A stretch of DNA of 64,000 bases from Verrucomicrobiota bacterium (GTDB lineage Bacteria; Verrucomicrobiota; Verrucomicrobiia; Limisphaerales; JADJPG01). The stretch spans positions 475-64,474 of the forward strand of contig JBJOEZ010000023.1 in assembly GCA_046048995.1 (NCBI GenBank), read 5' to 3'. Positions 18,801 through 26,881 of this stretch are shown one piece after another. Every line of letters starts with the position of its first letter. The first letter of the stretch is position 1. The notes beneath the pieces were generated by a model. That model searched no databases and was not told the origin of the DNA. It saw only the letters and a list, made by a program, of their open reading frames with translations. The translations under genes and the position numbers were made by a program.

Positions 18801-19066
18801 TAGGGGGCGGCGGAGTCGGCCGCGCCCTGCTTGCAGTAGACGGCGAAGACGCGCCCGGTGACGACCCCGGGAGTGGTGCCCTGCCAGGCCAGGTAGGCCC
18901 AGTCGCGGCCGAAGCGATCCCGCCAGGTGGTGCCGGCGGTGAAGAGCATGTCGGTCAGGCCGTCCTGGGCGCGGGCAGGCGCCGGGGCCAGCACCGCCAG
19001 CAGCAGGAGCAGCGCGGGCAGCAACGCGGGCCGGCGGCGGGAGCGCGATGGAGGATGGGCAATCAT
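15842..19066 (-). CDS. giant secreted protein P2 (~1074 aa) with several Fn3-like modules
   Basis: ATG 19066 gives the signal peptide MIAHPPSRSRRRPALLPALLLLLAVLAPAPARA; the track start 19090 is a TTG. Recurrent Fn3-like strands: LRWATP...GYNVYRMT, AYHVYRWS, EWRIYRRV. Composition is ordinary for a real protein, unlike the antisense ORF. Confidence 0.8.
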   Translation of the reverse strand: MIAHPPSRSRRRPALLPALLLLLAVLAPAPARAQDGLTDMLFTAGTTWRDRFGRDWAYLAWQGTTPGVVTGRVFAVYCKQGAADSAAPYARKAVVQFQTDPRVIAPLLQRAEMVGDNLAKLSQDITNLFDNVTPAAGAGVANLVSAVLRGGRGTADDYNNLVLLSRMHPAINFALGTAHAEPLPFATNTFELRLWDPAKLADVAVVGRVTVVANQPTVLPAPGAPVSVPDTSARGDLNARLRWATPDALRRLSLLNHGYNVYRMTTNFAVANGYHLVPPSPAVLTNLAAVNANVRRLNTVPILAGKNFTAVTAPDLVADPSTFFVADDNRRFEPGRTNFVNGDTFYYFVTARDILGRDGLVSPAARVVLCDRMPPPVPRQVRVRNDYRLVAGTPRQRLRIDWLQNTNSSEETTVAYHVYRWSSITQMHALSGNLLSNRIAIVPHVTGSRTNSYVDTGAGAPVPSTAAGDTFWYTVRAQDNGVCGTNLSGNSPPAYGVLRDRLGPASQGGFIQVSCLYPFVVAKEALFIPNQPVQDACLRYELACTSLDARLEWAEFFVVIRSAAGPSSTNLLGRVPFPPDTGRDAVYQFCFTNAQQLTQGPTFLCRVGTSGGQVSDLASLAGAIWQDSTVKQRIQFTAGITTLQTRPGFECFRHEPRPPGETNIRPVEICFNTATNSHEWRIYRRVDNGPLTLIAQGTNVPTSFVCTLDDVMPINPGSLCYFVQLLDEHGNASPLERVGCTEFSGPLPTPVLSPIEPAGTGGTNAQMCLNWFCPTFGVERFEVWISGPVGARPSPNLVNTNTATRTYTVTLDSGAQELEWNVFRSSRVGPAFGNGAAFTLKVDVEVGPTYTVMLRAVGVDGSTGTNFSQPQQFAWSIPTVVTQAVPWPSRPLPVVTNGISPKLAAFRLTNAFFNGTGVRIGQLVYSGPTQGGLPIRPYATPGTNDPVSWLYTNSVGQSVLPVALYRVQVPNANYPVVSGDVIQVSPLMERIAYGLVPYSEFLGAGPAAAIHDPFILVRNETPPGTIDRTFFYSIYLTDTQPVVLGAAYRYLLVRFKDNREIDQIIPTNDVEVTP

Positions 19067-19086
19067 CAGCAGGTCAGGGCGTCGGC

Positions 19087-22000
19087 TCAATCCAGGCTCC
19101 AGCTGTCGTTCTCATACCGGATGCCAAAGGACTTCTTGAACTTGATGCAGAAGGGGCAGGAACCGGCCTCGCCGCTGACCTTGGCGGTGCCGGAGAAGCG
19201 GAAGTCGCCGCCCTGCTTGACCCCGATGAGCTTGGCCTCGCCGGTGACGCTGACCAGGCAGAGGACCTCGCCGCTGAGGCCGGCGAAGAGGGTCCCGATG
19301 TAGGTGGGGCCCTCGACGAAATAGCCGGCGCCGGCGCCGACGCCGGCGGAAATGTTGAACAGGCAGGAGGACGGGATGCCGAGGGCCTCGTTGAGCGGGA
19401 ACCAGCCTTCGCCGTAGACATAGGCGCCGGTGAACGGCGGGGTGCCGATGACCGCGGCCACGTCGGGCGCCCAGAGCTGGATGGGATCCAGCGTGCAGGT
19501 GCGGCCGAAGTAGACCCCGCCGGCCATCATGTACTGGTTGAAGCGGATGCGGGTGGCCGCGCTGAGGTAATTCTCGTTCAGGCCGAAGGCGATGGCGGCG
19601 CTCAGCTCGGTGATCTCGAAGGTCTCAAACTTCACGCCGCCGAGGACCTCGAAGGATCCGGCCATGCCGATGGGCTTGAAGGAGGGGGTGGTGGCGAAGC
19701 TGAACTTCACCTCCAGGTTGGCCCGCAGGTCGGGCGAGATCCAGTCGAGGTCCACGTTCTGCGCCCCGAGGGTGACCTCGGTGGCCGGGCCGCCCCCGGT
19801 CGAGCAGGTCTCCGTCCCGTCCGAGTTCAACTCCTTCACGATCAGGTAGGCGTTGATCTCCATCGGGTCGGGGCAATTCAGCTCGAAATGCCCGTCGATG
19901 CGCAGTTCCTTGAGGGAATCCCCGGCGATGTGGGCGTAGCCGTTGAGCTGGGCGGCGCCGACCGTGCTGTTGATGTCGCCGATGAGCCCGTTGATCTGGG
20001 TGTCGAGCGACTGGAGGGTCTCGCTGATCAGGTCCTTGATGATGGTGTTCAGGCTGGCGAAGAGCGTGTCGATGCCCTCGCGCATCTGGCCGTCCAGGTC
20101 GTAGACCTTCTGCTTGAGGAGCTCGTTGATCTGCTGCGGGATGCGGCTGGCGAAGAAGTTTTCCTCGAACTTCTGCCGGATAAACAGCTTGAGCTCCTCG
20201 GCGGAAATCTCGGTGAAGGGATCATCGATGGTGCAGTCGATGGAGGCGAAGTAGTTGGAGACGTCGAGCCGGGTCTGGTGGCAGAGCTGGAGGATGTCGC
20301 CGGAGAGGCTGTTGACGCGGGCGGCCAGCTCGAGCTGGAACTCCTGGCCGGCGGCGAGCTGGGCGCGGACGGCGGCCACCTGGGCGCGGACCTCGGTGAG
20401 GACCTGGATGATTTGCTGGATGGTGGGCTGCTGTTCCTCCATGAACCCGGCGAGGGCGGGATTGACCACCGAGCTGATGAATTCGGCGGCCAGCTCGGAG
20501 GTGACCTCGTAGATGAGGTTGCTGAGGATGGCGGGGGAGCCGGTGGCGTTGGTGGAGGCGAAGAGGCCGACCTTGTTGCCGACAAAGTTGCCGTTGATGT
20601 CGTTGGTGATATTGCCGATGACGGCGTCGATGCCGAGCTGGACGTCGGCGAGGAAGCTGTCGATGCGGCCGACCACGTTGCTGACCTGGCCGATGGCGCC
20701 GAGGAGGTTGGTGGCGATCTGGTTGGAGATGTTGACCCCCGCGCCGTAGACGCCCCCGATGTAGAAATCGATGTTGGAGGAGGCGATGGGCAGGTAGTTG
20801 CAGGGATTGTTGGTGGCGAAGAACTGGAATTGGTTGGAGAGGGTGTTGTAGGTGGTGTCGATGACGGGGTTGATGACGTTGTCGAAGACCTGGTTGAAGA
20901 ACTGCTGCATGTTGGCATCGAGCAGCTGCGTGACGCGGTCGATGCCGTTGGTGATGGCGCCGAGGATTTCGTCCCCGGCCGCGTTGGCGACGGCCTCGGC
21001 CACGCCGGTGGCCTCATCGACGGCGTTGAAGGCCAGCTCGGTCAGGTTGATCTGGGGGAGGCCGTCGTATTGGACGCCGAAGACGAGCTCGGCCTGGCCG
21101 GCGCTGAGGTACTTGACCTCGTGCTGGACCTTGACCACGAGGAAGTCGTTGCTGGTGGTGGCGTGGGACTTGAAGGTGCGGGTGAGGGTGTTCCAGTCGA
21201 GCGGGTAGTCGAACTCCACCACCTGCAGCCAGGTCTTCTGGGCGCGGGGATGGTAGAGGGTGGTGCTGCTGTCGCGGTAGCCGGCGAGGGTGACCGTGGC
21301 GGGGAGGCCGGTATTGTCGGGATCGAAGGAGGTGACGGTGAAGTAGTTCCCCCCGGCGGAGTTGGTCCAGCCCTGGTTCGCGGCGGTGCTGCCGGCCTTG
21401 GGCCAGCCGCCCATGAGGTAAACGATCGCGTTGGTGCCCTCACGGTCGGGGCTGGTGTGGAGCTGGACCTTGATGTCCTCGAAGAAGGCCACGTCGAGGC
21501 CGCCGGCCACGTTGAGCCAGCCGGGGGTGTTGACGCCGCTGCCGTAGGTGTTGAGGTAGGCGTCGGCGACGGGTGTGAGGTTGTAGGTCTCGGAGTTGGG
21601 CCCCGCCACGCGCACGACGTTGGGGAGCTTGAGGCGGGAATCGACACCGGCGAGGCCGAAGGACTGCGGAATCAGGTCGCCGGTGGGCAGGAAGCCGAGG
21701 GAGCCGTAGAGGTTGGTCAGTCCCAGCTGGTAGGGCGACATCCGCACCCCAAGGACGAGGTAGCCCGTGCCCGGCGCGCAGACGTCGCCGGGGTTGCGCT
21801 TGAAGTCGATGGAGAGCGTGGAGAAATCGGCGGTCCAGTAGCTGAGCACCTTGTCGGAGTCGTTGGACGGGACCTCGGCGCTGGTCAGGCCGCCCACGCA
21901 GGTCAGCTTGAGCTCCTCGAAGTTCTGCGTGAACTGGGACGGGTAGGGCACGGAAACAGAGCCGTCCGTGCGCGAGTCGCGGTTTTGGGAATCGAGGTAA

Positions 22001-24528
22001 TTGAGGCCGTAGTTGGAGAAGGTGAAGGGGTATCCGTAGAGCGTAAGTCCGGCGGGGAAGGTGCCGGGGACGGCCTCATGGATGCCGCTGACCCCGCCGA
22101 GGCGGACGTAATACTTGGAACGGCCGGTGAGCTGGTAGGATCCGGTGGGGTTGCCGGCGAGGGTGCTGGCGCCCTGGCGCGCGCCATTGGTGCCGACGGC
22201 GAAGTTGAGGCCGGCGTAGTCGGCAAAGCCGTTGCGGTAGGCCAGCGCCGCCGGGGTGAGGCCGAAGTCCGGCCGCTCGATGGTGGCAAGGTTGGTGGCC
22301 GCCACACCGGTGTAGAGGAGGGCGGCGGGGGCGTGCCCGGCGGGGAGGCTCGTCTGGTCGCCGCGCAGGGAGGAGCCGGGCATGTGATAGCTGCCGGCGC
22401 TGAACATGAACGCCTGCTGGGCGAAGCCCTGGAGGGCGGGGGCATTGCTGAAGTAACCCCAGGTGAGGGCGTTGGTGGCGGAGAGCGACCCGGCCGCGAC
22501 CAGGCCGGCGTCACGGGTGAAGCGCAGCACGCCGTTGCTGGGGGCCAACTGGATGGTCGCGGGTGGCAGTTGGGCGGCGCACCCCGGGCAATCGCGCCCG
22601 TAGGCCACCGCGACGGAGGAGACGTTGGTGAGACCGCCGCTGGCGACCAGGTCGCCGGAGATGTTCAGGCCGCCACCGGCGGACCAGGACACCTTGCTGT
22701 CGTAGGGGAAGTGGGTGGGGTAGCTGCCATTGCCCAGCAGCAGCTGGCCCTTGAGCAGGGCCGCGCCGTTGGCATCGACGTCGATCTCAATGTTGTTGGC
22801 CCCGTTGACCGGCTGGAAAACGCGTTCATTGGAGCGCTTGTCGGCGAGCGTGGGGTCCACGAGCAGCGAGGCCGAGTTCTTGAGGTAATCGTATTCGTCC
22901 CAGCGGACGTAATGGACGCGGGATCCGGTCAGGTTGAGGAGGAAACGACTGGCTGGGACATCCCATTGGATGGAGGAGCACTCGAACCAGAGCGGCTTGC
23001 TTTCCTCGGCGGCGAAGATGGGGTTGCCGCCGGAGGTGTAGACCGGGGAGATGCCGGGGCCGAGGTTGGCATCGAGCGGCAGGGCGGCGAAGTCGATGGA
23101 CCCGAAGGTGAGGGTGGCGTTGGTGTTGTTGGTGCGGTAGCCGAACCCGGCCGGGAGAATGACGCGCACAGGGGAGCTGCCCCCGGTCGTATTGAGGACC
23201 AAGGGGCCGGTGCGGAGGTAGCGGACGCCGTTGATGACATCCGCATCGGGGACGGGCTGGTTGACGACGACGGAGCCGACGGCCAGCTCGGCGTTCCCGG
23301 TGGGTCGGAGGCGGACGGAAAGGGCGGCGCCGGCCCCGTAGCTGTGGAAGGGGCGGCCGGGGATGCTGCCGCTGTTGGCATCGACCCCCAGGATGGTGCT
23401 GACATGGGAACCCGTGGTGACGCCCAGGTTGGCCGGGCTGTTGTTGATGCTGTTGAAGGTGGTGATGATGGCGCCGGCACCGCTGCCGAAGACGAGGCGG
23501 CCGTTGAAGTGCAGGAGGCGCTCGGGCGCGGACTGGTTGGTGTTCCCGTTGAAGGTGATGGCGGGGCTGTTCGTGCGGTCGGTATGCGAGACCCAGGCCA
23601 CCAGCCGGTGGGTGTTGGCGACGCAATCCATCTGGGCGGCGGGCACGGCGTGCACCACCAGGGTCCCGGCCAGCACCCGCGGCACCGGCGGGTTCGTCGT
23701 CCCGGCCGTGTAATCGCTCATGGTGGCGACGAAGTTGGTCACCGAGTTCACCAGCGGGATGACCGTGCCGCCGGCCGTCTCCAGCCGGTAGCCGACCGAG
23801 ACCGGGATGGTGTCGCTGGCGTTGTTGGTGCCGGCGAAGTCATCGTAGCGCCGGAGGATGATGCCGACATCGAAGCGGAAGGCCTGTTTGCCGGGGATGG
23901 TGTCGACGGCGTAGGTGAGGTTGGTGCTGACGTTGGTGACCTCGGTGATGACATTGTAGGAGGCGTCGCCGCTGAGGGTGTTGGTGAAGTGGTAGTAGGG
24001 GCGCGGGCCGTCGTTGGTGAAGGCGGCGGTGGCGACGCCGTTGGTGAGAACGCGGAAATCGACCGTGTAGCGGTTGAAGGGGTTGAGGCGGGCAAGGGGC
24101 CGGAGGCTGGCGACGCGGGCCAGGATGTTGGTGCCGAGGGCCGGGACGGAGAGGGTGTTGGTGATGTTGTAGGAATAACCGGCGTTGGTGGTGGTGCCGG
24201 ACTGGTCGTAGATGGGCACCGGCAGGCCGTTGGTGCCCAGCAGGCGCAGGGAGTAGACGTTCGTGCGCTGCAGGAGGGATGCGGTGGTGTTGGTCGTCCG
24301 GACGACCGCCTGGAAGAGGATGAACTCGCGGTTGAAGGCGGCGTTGTTGGTGACGGCAGCCTGGTCGGCGTCGATGACGTAACCCGTGTAGTTGGTGACG
24401 CCGGTGCCACCGAGCACCAGTTCGCTGAATTGGGCCCGTGCCGCAGAGGGCAGGCCCAGCAGGATGGCCAGCGGCAGAAGCAGGGGCGCAAACAAACCCG
24501 CGCCAGGCAGGTGACGTCGTGTCTTCAC
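19087..24528 (-). CDS. giant secreted protein P1 (~1813 aa), no recognisable family
   Basis: The track ORF begins at a TTG (24624). An in-frame GTG at 24528 gives a canonical signal peptide (M)KTRRHLPGAGLFAPLLLPLAILLGLPSAARA|Q. Long Asn/Thr/Gly-rich region, then an Asn/Ile/Gln-rich helical region, then a Cys-containing C-terminal domain. The opposite-strand 1898-aa ORF is G/A/E/D/V low complexity and is an artefact. Confidence 0.8.
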   Translation of the reverse strand: MKTRRHLPGAGLFAPLLLPLAILLGLPSAARAQFSELVLGGTGVTNYTGYVIDADQAAVTNNAAFNREFILFQAVVRTTNTTASLLQRTNVYSLRLLGTNGLPVPIYDQSGTTTNAGYSYNITNTLSVPALGTNILARVASLRPLARLNPFNRYTVDFRVLTNGVATAAFTNDGPRPYYHFTNTLSGDASYNVITEVTNVSTNLTYAVDTIPGKQAFRFDVGIILRRYDDFAGTNNASDTIPVSVGYRLETAGGTVIPLVNSVTNFVATMSDYTAGTTNPPVPRVLAGTLVVHAVPAAQMDCVANTHRLVAWVSHTDRTNSPAITFNGNTNQSAPERLLHFNGRLVFGSGAGAIITTFNSINNSPANLGVTTGSHVSTILGVDANSGSIPGRPFHSYGAGAALSVRLRPTGNAELAVGSVVVNQPVPDADVINGVRYLRTGPLVLNTTGGSSPVRVILPAGFGYRTNNTNATLTFGSIDFAALPLDANLGPGISPVYTSGGNPIFAAEESKPLWFECSSIQWDVPASRFLLNLTGSRVHYVRWDEYDYLKNSASLLVDPTLADKRSNERVFQPVNGANNIEIDVDANGAALLKGQLLLGNGSYPTHFPYDSKVSWSAGGGLNISGDLVASGGLTNVSSVAVAYGRDCPGCAAQLPPATIQLAPSNGVLRFTRDAGLVAAGSLSATNALTWGYFSNAPALQGFAQQAFMFSAGSYHMPGSSLRGDQTSLPAGHAPAALLYTGVAATNLATIERPDFGLTPAALAYRNGFADYAGLNFAVGTNGARQGASTLAGNPTGSYQLTGRSKYYVRLGGVSGIHEAVPGTFPAGLTLYGYPFTFSNYGLNYLDSQNRDSRTDGSVSVPYPSQFTQNFEELKLTCVGGLTSAEVPSNDSDKVLSYWTADFSTLSIDFKRNPGDVCAPGTGYLVLGVRMSPYQLGLTNLYGSLGFLPTGDLIPQSFGLAGVDSRLKLPNVVRVAGPNSETYNLTPVADAYLNTYGSGVNTPGWLNVAGGLDVAFFEDIKVQLHTSPDREGTNAIVYLMGGWPKAGSTAANQGWTNSAGGNYFTVTSFDPDNTGLPATVTLAGYRDSSTTLYHPRAQKTWLQVVEFDYPLDWNTLTRTFKSHATTSNDFLVVKVQHEVKYLSAGQAELVFGVQYDGLPQINLTELAFNAVDEATGVAEAVANAAGDEILGAITNGIDRVTQLLDANMQQFFNQVFDNVINPVIDTTYNTLSNQFQFFATNNPCNYLPIASSNIDFYIGGVYGAGVNISNQIATNLLGAIGQVSNVVGRIDSFLADVQLGIDAVIGNITNDINGNFVGNKVGLFASTNATGSPAILSNLIYEVTSELAAEFISSVVNPALAGFMEEQQPTIQQIIQVLTEVRAQVAAVRAQLAAGQEFQLELAARVNSLSGDILQLCHQTRLDVSNYFASIDCTIDDPFTEISAEELKLFIRQKFEENFFASRIPQQINELLKQKVYDLDGQMREGIDTLFASLNTIIKDLISETLQSLDTQINGLIGDINSTVGAAQLNGYAHIAGDSLKELRIDGHFELNCPDPMEINAYLIVKELNSDGTETCSTGGGPATEVTLGAQNVDLDWISPDLRANLEVKFSFATTPSFKPIGMAGSFEVLGGVKFETFEITELSAAIAFGLNENYLSAATRIRFNQYMMAGGVYFGRTCTLDPIQLWAPDVAAVIGTPPFTGAYVYGEGWFPLNEALGIPSSCLFNISAGVGAGAGYFVEGPTYIGTLFAGLSGEVLCLVSVTGEAKLIGVKQGGDFRFSGTAKVSGEAGSCPFCIKFKKSFGIRYENDSWSLD

Positions 24529-24740
24529 CAGATTAAGGTGTGCCAAAAGCGCCGGAAATCGGGGCGGGCTCGGCAGCACGGCACAAGAAGTCCCGCCCGG
24601 GCGCTGCGTGATGCGGGCGGACAATGGATCCCGACACGGCCAATTGCAAGCCGGAACGCCGCCCGTCGTTTGCCGAACCGGCGCCTCCAGGCCGCAGGGT
24701 TGCGCGTGCCAGACGCCGCCACTACCCTGATTGACACGCC

Positions 24741-24959
24741 ATGAACAAGCCCCTGGCTGTCCGATGCCCGACCTGCCGAAAGCGGGGGGAGTGGTTTTCC
24801 GGGGAATACGGACCGTTCTGCTCCAAACGCTGCAAACTCATCGACCTTGGCAAATGGCTCGGGGAAGAACACACCATCTCGGAACCCCTGCGGCCCGGTG
24901 CCCTCGAGCCCTACGCCGAACTGCCACCCGGCAAGCACCTGGATGAACCGGAGGACTGA
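24741..24959 (+). CDS. yacG: DNA gyrase inhibitor YacG (zinc-finger protein)
   Basis: 72 aa. CPTCRK...[14 protein letters not shown] matches the YacG C4 zinc finger and the conserved DLG.W tail. Confidence 0.85.
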   Translation: MNKPLAVRCPTCRKRGEWFSGEYGPFCSKRCKLIDLGKWLGEEHTISEPLRPGALEPYAELPPGKHLDEPED

Positions 24960-26181
24960 CCATTCGCAGCCAAACCGGCCTGCCCCCCTCCGCTGGCTCA
25001 TCCTCGTCGGGCTCTGCCTCGGCCTGTCCCCTGCCCTGTCGGCACACCCGCCTCGCGGTCTGGACACCCTGCCGAAAAGACCTCTTATCTTCGGTTATAT
25101 CAACGAGTTACGAACCACCAACCAACACCTCCTGGAACTGGCCCGGCTGGATTATGAGGCGGTGGATGTGCTGGTGCATGGCTTTGTGGAGCCCAAACCA
25201 GACGGCTCCGTCGGGCCGGGTGTGGGCAAGTTCGACCTCTACCGCGCGCCGTTGCTCCAGCAGGCGCGGGCGCGGGGGCGCAGCGTTATCCTCAGCGTGG
25301 GAGGCGGCCTGCCGGAACGGTTCCGGGCCGCCTTCGCCAGCCTCTCGGCCAGCGAACACCGCCGCCACCGGTTCGCCGACCACCTGCTGCGACACGTTCG
25401 CCAGTGGGGCTACGACGGCATCGACATTGATTACGAGTTTCCCTCCGATGCCGTGGAAAGGGCCCGCTTCACCAGCCTGATGCAGGCGGTCCATCGCCGG
25501 TTCAAGGATGCCAGCACCAATTATCTCGTGATGTTCGGGGTCAGCCCCGGCTTCTACATCGATCAATACGACTGGCCGCGGTTGGCGGCCTGCACGGATT
25601 TCGCCTTTTACTTCGGCTACAACTGGAAGAATCCCGCCAATGGTCCCGTGGCCAACCCGGGCACCGCCCAATGGCTTTCCGGCGGGCGGGAGAAGACCGA
25701 GGCCAGTGCGCGCGGCGCCATCGACTATATCCTGGCCCGGGGATTTCCGGCCGGAAAACTCCTCTTCGGCCTGCCCTTCTACAGCTCGGCCAATGATTCC
25801 TGGCCCGTCCTGGGCGGCATCTGGTCCAGCAACCGGGCCTGGTTTTCCAACGCCATCGATGCCGCCACCCTCGAGGTGCCCTATGCCGGGCGCTGGTGGA
25901 CCACCCCGGACAGCCTCCAACGCAAGCTCAGCGCCGTCCTCGACCCCCGCCACAGCCAACTCACCAACCGCACGGTGCTTCGGGGGGCCGGCTTCTGGGA
26001 GTTCGGCCATCAGGATCCTGCCCGGCCGGAACTCACCACCGCCATCAAGGACTGGTTTGCGGCTCAGACCAACCCGCCCGCGCCGGCCTTCCCGGCCCCG
26101 CCGCCCATCATTCCCGTCCCAGGCCCTCCCTCCACCCAGACCAACCGGACGCCACCCGGCACCCCGGCCACCCCGCCATGA
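24943..26181 (+). CDS. secreted glycoside hydrolase family 18 protein (chitinase-like)
   Basis: GH18 catalytic motif DxxDxDxE present as [11 protein letters not shown]. Start trimmed to ATG 24943 ([34 protein letters not shown] signal). Pro-rich C-terminal tail. Confidence 0.8.
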   Translation: MNRRTDHSQPNRPAPLRWLILVGLCLGLSPALSAHPPRGLDTLPKRPLIFGYINELRTTNQHLLELARLDYEAVDVLVHGFVEPKPDGSVGPGVGKFDLYRAPLLQQARARGRSVILSVGGGLPERFRAAFASLSASEHRRHRFADHLLRHVRQWGYDGIDIDYEFPSDAVERARFTSLMQAVHRRFKDASTNYLVMFGVSPGFYIDQYDWPRLAACTDFAFYFGYNWKNPANGPVANPGTAQWLSGGREKTEASARGAIDYILARGFPAGKLLFGLPFYSSANDSWPVLGGIWSSNRAWFSNAIDAATLEVPYAGRWWTTPDSLQRKLSAVLDPRHSQLTNRTVLRGAGFWEFGHQDPARPELTTAIKDWFAAQTNPPAPAFPAPPPIIPVPGPPSTQTNRTPPGTPATPP

Positions 26182-26855
26182 ACCGCACCCCTCATGCCTG
26201 GGTTGGCCGGGGACTGCCGTTTCTCGTGCTCAGCCTGGCCCTGGCAGCCGGATTCTCCTGCCGCCGCACCCCTGAATCCGGGGACCAGGCCGGGGCCGAC
26301 ATCCGCGGCCAGCCGATTGTCTCCCCGGCGGCCACCGGGGCGCCACCCGTGATGGCCGGCCCCGCCGGCACGGTCCGGACCGCAGCCAACCCGACCCATT
26401 TCCCGCAGCTGAAGCCGGTGCCGGAAGTCCTGGAAGACGGCTACCTGCGGCTCGGGTTTGACCGTCTCTCGGCCTTCAAATTCGAGGTCTACGAGTATTA
26501 CTCCGAGGGCCAGGCCGGGCGGCCCCTGTTGAAGTCCGATGACAAGATTCCGCCGCTCATCCAAGCCTATGACGGGCGCCGGGTCAGCGTGCGGGGATTC
26601 GCTCTCCCCCTTCGCCTGAAAAAGGGCCGGGTGATCGAGTTTCTCCTGATGCGCGACCTTGGCACCTGCTGCTTCGGGCCCCAGGCGCAAATCAACCACT
26701 TCATGCGGGTGCGGTTCCCGGAGGGGGCGGATCTCGACCAGAACGTCGTTCACCGCGTGCGGGGCACGTTGAAGGTGGGAGAGACCTACGTTCAGGGTTA
26801 CCTGACGGGGATCTACAACCTCGAGGCGGACAGCGTGGACCGGCCGCGGGACTGA
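26178..26855 (+). CDS. lipoprotein of unknown function (DUF3299-like C-terminal region, tentative)
   Basis: ATG 26178 overlaps the GH18 stop (ATGA). Signal and lipobox-like LVLSLALAAGFSC. The C-terminal FLLMRDLGTCCFGPQAQINHFMRVRF resembles DUF3299 (from memory, not verified). Confidence 0.65.
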   Translation: MNRTPHAWVGRGLPFLVLSLALAAGFSCRRTPESGDQAGADIRGQPIVSPAATGAPPVMAGPAGTVRTAANPTHFPQLKPVPEVLEDGYLRLGFDRLSAFKFEVYEYYSEGQAGRPLLKSDDKIPPLIQAYDGRRVSVRGFALPLRLKKGRVIEFLLMRDLGTCCFGPQAQINHFMRVRFPEGADLDQNVVHRVRGTLKVGETYVQGYLTGIYNLEADSVDRPRD

Positions 26856-26881
26856 ATGCCAGGGCGGGGCCTCCGGCAGCC

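Noticed and set aside
15878-19303. 1141-aa plus-strand ORF opposite P2, and likewise 12222..14135 and 14433..15731 opposite P3
   Set aside because: These show the same G/A/E/D/V-rich antisense signature and overlap better-supported minus-strand genes end to end.
24529-24546. Perfect TGGCAC (-24-like) hexamer on the minus strand just upstream of the P1 start, as a possible sigma-54 promoter for the giant operon
   Set aside because: The expected TTGC at the -12 position is absent (the sequence reads AATCT), and the site would lie only a few nucleotides from the start codon. Other candidates in 24547-24740 have the wrong GG-GC spacing.
19048-24744. 1898-aa plus-strand ORF covering the whole P1 gene region
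   Set aside because: Its translation is Gly/Ala/Glu/Asp/Val low complexity with no signal peptide or motifs, the typical shadow ORF antisense to a GC3-rich gene. The minus-strand product has normal composition and a signal peptide.
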